The notes beneath the pieces were generated by a model that saw only the letters and a program-made list of their open reading frames with translations, was not told the DNA's origin and did not search any database. Below are positions 26,507 through 31,611 of a stretch of 31,611 nucleotides of DNA, in pieces (position 1 is the stretch's first letter; every line of letters starts with the position of its first letter). Location of the stretch: positions 1-31,611 of IMG/VR virus record IMGVR_UViG_3300031519_011018; one strand, given 5' to 3'. The translations under genes and the position numbers were made by a program. This stretch comes from a virus (Duplodnaviria > Caudoviricetes).

Positions 26507-28416
26507 TATTCCACCGTTACGCTCTTTGCTAGGTTTCTAGGTTGATCAACGTTATTACCTAATATAAGTGCTGTCTCGTAAGCTAGTATCTGTGTCACTA
26601 CGCCATTTATAATAGGTGATAAGTATTTATTGGATTGTGGTACTAATATCTGTATACCTTTAAAATGTTCTTGTTCTTTATCTGTTATTAATACAACTGG
26701 ACCACCTCTGGATTGTATCTCAAATATATTATTACGCAACTTATCTGATTGATCATCATTATTCCATATTGCAACTGTTGGCGTTTGTTCGTCTATCAGT
26801 GCCAGTGGTCCGTGTTTCAATTCAGCTGCTGAATATCCCTCGGCGTGGATGTATGCTAACTCTTTAAGTTTTAATGCTCCCTCTTTAGCAATAGGATAAT
26901 TGTATCCACGTCCGATGAAGATGCAGCTATCAGCTTTCGAGATGGCCCATGCTGCTTCTTTGATCTTGTTTCTAATCTTCTTGGTGTTGATTATTTTGTC
27001 CACCTTCTTTGGTAGCTTGGCTATCTCTTCTGGAAGTTCTTGCCACCAGCCAAGATTTCTATCATCGTCCCAGCTATTGCTCTTTCTGCACTGCTTCTCG
27101 TTGAGCCAAACAGCCAGCATAAGAAGTGTAATAACTTGATTGGTGAACGTCTTGGTGGATGCTACGCCAACCTCTATGCCAGCACGAGTGTAGATGCCTT
27201 TCCAAGTATCATTAGCTAGTGTTGAACCAACATTATTAACAATGCCGAGACTATTCCAGTTACCATTATCTTTAATGTGATTGTGAGCCTCTAATACGTC
27301 AGCTGTTTCACCAGACTGAGAAATCAGAATATACATTTCTTTGTTCTCTTTTAAGACTAGTGGGTTTCTATAACGAAACTCTGCCGCCTGCTCCGATACA
27401 GTTTTGATGTGTCCTATCTCTTCGATGTATCTTTGACCAAGCTCCGCTGCGTGTAGACTGCTACCGCATCCTAAGATGTTAATGAAGTCTGGAAGATTAT
27501 TGTGCCTGCTTAAAGACTTATCTAAGCCACCTAAGCTAATTGCGTTATCGTGTATTCTACCTCTTAAAAGATTTTCTATGCATCGTGGCTGTTCGTGAAT
27601 TTCTTTTTCCATGAATGTGTCGAAGTCGCCCTTGTTTGGTGTCTCATGCTCATAGCTAGCACGTCGAATGGGGTCTTCGAGGCCGTCCATGTCTTCAGGA
27701 GTATCGCCGAGCTTTACTACTGTTCCACTGTAAGATATATGGCAACCATGAGCCTTGGTGATGCCGGGTGTTCTCTCTCCATTAGTAAAGCATAAACCGT
27801 ATGAGTATGCATAGAACCCATCGTACTCGCCGTTGTAGTCATCGTCATCTTTGTTTGGCTTCTCTACACAGAACCAATTTAATGCTACACCTCTCTGTAT
27901 GGCATAGAAATCATTATCTTTTCTTGTATCTAAAACGATAGCCGCAATACCACCACGTGTAACCATGAGTGCTTGCTTAATTGCTTGATCTAAAGTGGTA
28001 TGTCTTTTCCTAGCGAAGTGTGAAATCACATTTATAAATACTTCTGTGTCCGTTTCGCTTTGCAGTGAAATATTCCGACAGTACTCATCTCGTAGTTCTT
28101 CGAAATTTTCTATGATGCCATTGCATACTATGGCGTATCGACCCGTAGAATCGAAGTGTGGGTGAGAATTTTCTTCTGTTGCCTTACCGTGAGTAGCCCA
28201 TCGTGTGTGACCAATAAAGGCTTTTACTGGCTCATCTTCTACATTCATGGACATCATCAGTTTATCAACGTTGCCTTTGGACTTGTGCGTTACTACTTGA
28301 CCGCTTTCCGTAATGGCGATGAAACCAGAACTATCATAACCTCTGTACTCAAGTGCTTTGAGTGCCAGTACGTTACCGTAAACTGTTCCGCGATTTGTTG
28401 CGATGATTCCGCACAT
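26506..28416 (-). CDS. glmS: Glutamine-fructose-6-phosphate aminotransferase
   Basis: MCGI, EYRGYDS, GHTRWATHG, NGIIEN, SQSGETAD, ASTK, EGALKLKE, ELKHGP, PRNLAKSVTVE. Confidence 0.97.
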   Translation of the reverse strand: MCGIIATNRGTVYGNVLALKALEYRGYDSSGFIAITESGQVVTHKSKGNVDKLMMSMNVEDEPVKAFIGHTRWATHGKATEENSHPHFDSTGRYAIVCNGIIENFEELRDEYCRNISLQSETDTEVFINVISHFARKRHTTLDQAIKQALMVTRGGIAAIVLDTRKDNDFYAIQRGVALNWFCVEKPNKDDDDYNGEYDGFYAYSYGLCFTNGERTPGITKAHGCHISYSGTVVKLGDTPEDMDGLEDPIRRASYEHETPNKGDFDTFMEKEIHEQPRCIENLLRGRIHDNAISLGGLDKSLSRHNNLPDFINILGCGSSLHAAELGQRYIEEIGHIKTVSEQAAEFRYRNPLVLKENKEMYILISQSGETADVLEAHNHIKDNGNWNSLGIVNNVGSTLANDTWKGIYTRAGIEVGVASTKTFTNQVITLLMLAVWLNEKQCRKSNSWDDDRNLGWWQELPEEIAKLPKKVDKIINTKKIRNKIKEAAWAISKADSCIFIGRGYNYPIAKEGALKLKELAYIHAEGYSAAELKHGPLALIDEQTPTVAIWNNDDQSDKLRNNIFEIQSRGGPVVLITDKEQEHFKGIQILVPQSNKYLSPIINGVVTQILAYETALILGNNVDQPRNLAKSVTVE

Positions 28417-28422
28417 TATTTA

Positions 28423-28854
28423 TTACTCGTCTTCGTCAAATAGTTTCTTGTGTTCGGGAGGCATGTTTTTCAAGGCAGGAACGCTAAATAGCATTGTGTC
28501 TTGAGCGTCATCCCAGTACATTTCTAGTGTACCACTTGCGGCTGCTATTGTCAAGTCATAACCTATAATATGCTCATGAATTCTCAAGCAAACTTCGTCA
28601 AGTTCATCGTGGCTTACAGTATAGGTTTTTCCGTCTTTTGTGCCTAGTTCCTTGATGTAATTTTTAATTTGACGAACAGAGATTAGTTTCTTTAATTCTT
28701 CAAACTCGAAGCCGCTCTCTTGTGCTACCAATTTTCCAATGTGCTTAGCGAATTTCGTTGGCGAAGTGATATAATATCTCTCCTTGCTTTCCGCGTCGTA
28801 CTCATTGTGTTCGTCGTCATCGCTTGGTTTGAAATTAAAATCGTCGTACATCAT
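28423..28854 (-). CDS. Hypothetical protein
   Basis: 143-aa ORF with AAGGAG RBS. Confidence 0.7.
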   Translation of the reverse strand: MMYDDFNFKPSDDDEHNEYDAESKERYYITSPTKFAKHIGKLVAQESGFEFEELKKLISVRQIKNYIKELGTKDGKTYTVSHDELDEVCLRIHEHIIGYDLTIAAASGTLEMYWDDAQDTMLFSVPALKNMPPEHKKLFDEDE

Positions 28855-28863
28855 TCACTCCTT

Positions 28864-29079
28864 TTAGTAACAGTCATCGCCTTCAATTTCGTAAAGTATT
28901 TCTTTGTACTCTCTAACAAATTCCACTATGCTCTCCGGGGGAAACCCATGTGCTACCATGACTTCTATTTGATATATCATATCTGAAGCCTGATTGAATA
29001 TTACAGACCTACATCCATCTGTCATACGAGACAACAGTATGTCGTAGAATTCAGTAATTTCTTTCTTGTCTTCATTCAT
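28864..29079 (-). CDS. Hypothetical protein
   Basis: 71 aa; ATGA overlap with the upstream gene. Confidence 0.65.
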   Translation of the reverse strand: MNEDKKEITEFYDILLSRMTDGCRSVIFNQASDMIYQIEVMVAHGFPPESIVEFVREYKEILYEIEGDDCY

Positions 29080-29384
29080 CTGCTGGAGTCTCGCTCATAT
29101 TTAATATACTCTGGAACGTCACCATTCTGATAAATTTTGGCGTCTTCGTATCCTGCTGCTGCTCTCCTGTATAACTCTTGCTTCACGTTTTCTAACACGC
29201 CTGTCATAACGCATATGTCTCTGTAGGATACTGATTCCATAAGCCCCGTAATAATTCTTGTTATTGCATAGTTTATTGGACCGGCTCTATCCAAGTTGGT
29301 TTCGCCAGCATCTTCTAATGCATCCAGCATATAATGTACTGCTTCATCTAAATCAAACCTGCTATCTGGATCAATATACGGCAT
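29076..29384 (-). CDS. Conserved-type phage hypothetical protein
   Basis: MPYI...INYAITRI...GVLENVKQELYRR...YEDAKI..NGDV, a pattern I recall from many phages. Confidence 0.7.
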   Translation of the reverse strand: MPYIDPDSRFDLDEAVHYMLDALEDAGETNLDRAGPINYAITRIITGLMESVSYRDICVMTGVLENVKQELYRRAAAGYEDAKIYQNGDVPEYIKYERDSSR

Positions 29385-29385
29385 C

Positions 29386-29574
29386 CTAATCTCCTAAGTC
29401 TCTTGGGTAATAAAACTTTTCTATCCTGTCCTTGGCACACTCGTCACATAAACTTTCGAATCCTACTCCTGTAACAACTATCTTTGTTGCTTCATTTAAG
29501 CATTGTGCTGGGTAAACATCTCCTTTGGCCCAATCAATGTACAACGCATTTTTATTTTGGCATGTGTCACTCAT
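29386..29574 (-). CDS. Small Cys-containing protein
   Basis: Four Cys including CDEC. Confidence 0.6.
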   Translation of the reverse strand: MSDTCQNKNALYIDWAKGDVYPAQCLNEATKIVVTGVGFESLCDECAKDRIEKFYYPRDLGD

Positions 29575-29577
29575 GAT

Positions 29578-29826
29578 TTACTTCTGCTTCTTGTGCCACG
29601 AAAATAATCCATTGAGCCACTGTTTTCTTTTTGTACAGTTACACTCTTTCAATCCAAAAAAATCTTTGAATCTCTGTTCCGTAATACCTACCTTGAGAAG
29701 CGTAGCCTCAACAACATCGCCTAAGCCCTCTTTATCGGAAGGTACCTTGTAGCTGTTTGCTTTGATACCTTGCTTCTCTAATTCTGAAATGACTTTATTC
29801 ATATCTGTTCTCACGTCTTGTTTCAT
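29578..29826 (-). CDS. Small phage protein with GLGD...CNCxxR motif
   Basis: GLGDVVEA...CNCTKRKQWLN, a motif I recall as common in aquatic phages. Confidence 0.7.
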   Translation of the reverse strand: MKQDVRTDMNKVISELEKQGIKANSYKVPSDKEGLGDVVEATLLKVGITEQRFKDFFGLKECNCTKRKQWLNGLFSWHKKQK

Positions 29827-30224
29827 GACTCGTATCCTTTTGCTTCAAGAAAGAAATATTTTCCCACGGTGTGTACCGCTGGATCAATTTGATCTAACAT
29901 TAAATCTGCTTTATCGTTATTAACACAGAAAAATAAATAATCGATGCTTCCATCTGGGAAGTGACATTGTATAAATTTATTTATATCCATCGCTCTTCCC
30001 ACTCTAAATTCCTGTCGTTTGTTTTGTTTTCCGTTAGGTACAATGCTCACGTTCTCTAATGAAAATGTATGAGGTTGAGATTGTGCCTTTTCAAATACAT
30101 ATGCTATCTTTGATGCTCTCTCTTCGGCTATCGCTATCCTAGAGATTAACCACTCCGTCTGATTTAACCAGTCCATCGTCTTCTGAAGTGCTGGGTAAGC
30201 AGAGCCAATGATCATGATGTTCAT
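29823..30224 (-). CDS. Hypothetical protein
   Basis: 133 aa; GGAG RBS; ATGA overlap. Confidence 0.65.
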   Translation of the reverse strand: MNIMIIGSAYPALQKTMDWLNQTEWLISRIAIAEERASKIAYVFEKAQSQPHTFSLENVSIVPNGKQNKRQEFRVGRAMDINKFIQCHFPDGSIDYLFFCVNNDKADLMLDQIDPAVHTVGKYFFLEAKGYES

Positions 30225-30229
30225 AGTAT

Positions 30230-30481
30230 TTACTCCTCCTGCTCTTGCAGTCTTCGTCTATCTGATATCGCCCTCCAATTAGCCTTATATCGTTTTCCTG
30301 CTGTATAATTTTCTATATTCCTGAGTAAACGTACTTTAAAAGATGGTATGATCCCATGTATAATAAGCATTACTCCATACAATATAATACACGCACCCCC
30401 CGTAACGGCAAAGACTAAATGCTGCCAGTAAGACATGCGATTCTCTTCTAAATGCTCTTCCCAAGTTTGTTTTCCGTACAT
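30230..30481 (-). CDS. Small membrane protein
   Basis: HLEENRMSYWQHLVFA, a TM segment, then IHGIIP. Confidence 0.7.
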   Translation of the reverse strand: MYGKQTWEEHLEENRMSYWQHLVFAVTGGACIILYGVMLIIHGIIPSFKVRLLRNIENYTAGKRYKANWRAISDRRRLQEQEE

Positions 30482-30774
30482 TCTTTCTCCTCCAATGATA
30501 ATATAATGCTGCCTATTACAGTAGGGTTTACTTCTTCTTGCTCTCTGAATGTATCATGTAGGGCATCCCAATAATGTTTTTCGTTGCGATGCTGTTTGTA
30601 TAGCCTGAACGCTTCTGGTAACGCTGTGACGGCTTCTTGTAGTTGATAATTAACACGCTCAGTGGCCTGTCGATTGATTTGTTTCTTGGGAGCCAAAATT
30701 GATAATCCACAACATATTATAGCCACGAGTAGCACATATTGCACAATCCATTTTAAGTTATTTTTGTTGTCCAC
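30448..30774 (-). CDS. Membrane-anchored hypothetical protein
   Basis: N-terminal TM helix WIVQYVLLVAIICCGLSIL; GTG start. Confidence 0.65.
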   Translation of the reverse strand: MDNKNNLKWIVQYVLLVAIICCGLSILAPKKQINRQATERVNYQLQEAVTALPEAFRLYKQHRNEKHYWDALHDTFREQEEVNPTVIGSIILSLEEKECTENKLGKSI

Positions 30775-30811
30775 GTTCGACCTTGCTTGTTTGGGTAAGA
30801 CTACTTGATGT

Positions 30812-30932
30812 AAAAATAGGGGCGACCCACCCTAATATTAAGCTACCGCTGAGTTACGGCCCGGTTCCCGCATCGCTGTAGGTCCGGTACCTCTCGCTTA
30901 ATACTACTCATAGGGTGGTCGTCGCCCCGATG
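30812..30932 (-). ncRNA. Candidate ~120-nt structured RNA of unknown family
   Basis: Nested stems GGGGCGAC/GUCGCCCC, CCACCCU/AGGGUGG, AGUAUUAAGC/GCUUAAUAUU, CCGG/CCGG; U tract at the 3' end; directly follows a consensus promoter; GC-rich island in AT-rich DNA. Confidence 0.7.
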
Positions 30933-30937
30933 TAGAT

Positions 30938-30966
30938 ATTATACACCACTAATCGTTATGGGTCAA
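30938..30966 (-). promoter_or_regulatory. sigma70-type promoter driving the structured RNA
   Basis: TTGACC-17 bp-TATAAT. Confidence 0.8.
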
Positions 30967-31166
30967 TACCAATTCTTAATTATATTAGCAACAATAAATA
31001 GATTAGTGACAATGGCTTGCGTAACCAACAAAGTTCTGATGAACGCAATGCCGTCACTCTGCCTATCCGTCGTTCCAGATTTTTCTCCTAATGCTTTGCA
31101 CCAGATTTTCCAATAATGCATATCAGTAAGAATGTACCGTCCATTCTGTCTCCGTGATGTGATCAA
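30963..31166 (-). CDS. Small membrane protein
   Basis: WKIWCKALGEK followed by a hydrophobic C-terminus. The true start may be the internal Met. Confidence 0.6.
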   Translation of the reverse strand: MITSRRQNGRYILTDMHYWKIWCKALGEKSGTTDRQSDGIAFIRTLLVTQAIVTNLFIVANIIKNWY

Positions 31167-31611
31167 TCTGTAACTCTTTCGCCACTTTACGGCCTTCTGA
31201 TGTCATTGCTGTTTCAAACATGTCCTGTGATTCAAACATAACATATAATGTATCTAAGTCTACATCATATCCAGATATACGATTGTTTTTAAACATTCTC
31301 ATGGAAAACAGTGGAAGCTCCTTTAGCTTGATGCCTCCATGATTGCATACGACTCCAAGTATCAGGCTTGCTATTGCCTCTTCGGAGCAATAACCCTCGT
31401 CGTCCATTAGGTCATTAATTTTATCGGATATCTCGCCAATAGCACTGGATTTACTCACGATGGCTCTGTCACGCTCCTCTTCTGTGAAGACCGCATCTTC
31501 ATGCAACTCGTCAGCAATAAGTTTTCTGATGGCCTTGTGACATGTACATTTAGCGACCAAATCGCTTAGTTCAATTGCTATAGCTTTTTCACTGAAAATA
31601 TCCTGACCCAT
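31123..31611 (-). CDS. Hypothetical protein (start at the window edge, may be partial)
   Basis: 162-aa open frame. Confidence 0.65.
   Translation of the reverse strand: MGQDIFSEKAIAIELSDLVAKCTCHKAIRKLIADELHEDAVFTEEERDRAIVSKSSAIGEISDKINDLMDDEGYCSEEAIASLILGVVCNHGGIKLKELPLFSMRMFKNNRISGYDVDLDTLYVMFESQDMFETAMTSEGRKVAKELQIDHITETEWTVHSY

Noticed and set aside
378-29752. All plus-strand ORFs in the track, and short nested minus-strand ORFs (e.g. 912..1181, 5801..6088, 12661..13020, 14707..14910)
   Set aside because: They are antisense or out-of-frame shadows of well-supported genes, or span a terminator, and carry no recognisable motifs.
30812-30932. Structured RNA as a glmS ribozyme, twister ribozyme, SRP RNA, tRNA or tmRNA
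   Set aside because: It lacks the AGCGCC/GACGAGG glmS core and is about 2.4 kb from glmS. The twister-like pieces are in an order that is not a valid permutation. There is no SRP CAGG/AGCAG loop, no GUUC T-loop, no cloverleaf and no CCA end.
1-31611. Alternative genetic code (stop-codon reassignment)
   Set aside because: Conserved genes are full length under the standard code, and TAA, TAG and TGA all terminate genes at expected positions.

Overview
31.6 kb of a large dsDNA bacteriophage genome. It is gene-dense, AT-rich by eye, and every credible gene lies on the minus strand. In coordinate order it holds: (i) a replication/recombination block (DnaB-like helicase truncated at the window edge, nuclease, RecA/UvsX); (ii) nucleotide metabolism (phoH, dut, class Ia nrdAB); (iii) a candidate envelope/lysis cassette with no recognisable muramidase or amidase, made of a membrane-anchored PAS protein, a holin-like protein, a papain-like cysteine protease, small virion-like proteins, a lipoprotein and several membrane proteins; (iv) a short phage sigma factor, GT4 glycosyltransferase, deoxyribosyltransferase-like protein, ssb and dCMP deaminase; (v) two tandem ORFs with the Planctomycete-type LE-x-LE-x-R-x-LL leader, one a 33-aa Cys-rich peptide missing from the ORF track; (vi) an FkbM-like methyltransferase and rIIA/rIIB; (vii) exported trypsin-like, thioredoxin-like and His-motif proteins; (viii) glmS and small ORFs; (ix) a ~120-nt structured RNA with its own consensus sigma70 promoter. 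The leader motifs suggest a Planctomycetota host (inference). All family calls come from motifs read by eye; no searches were run.
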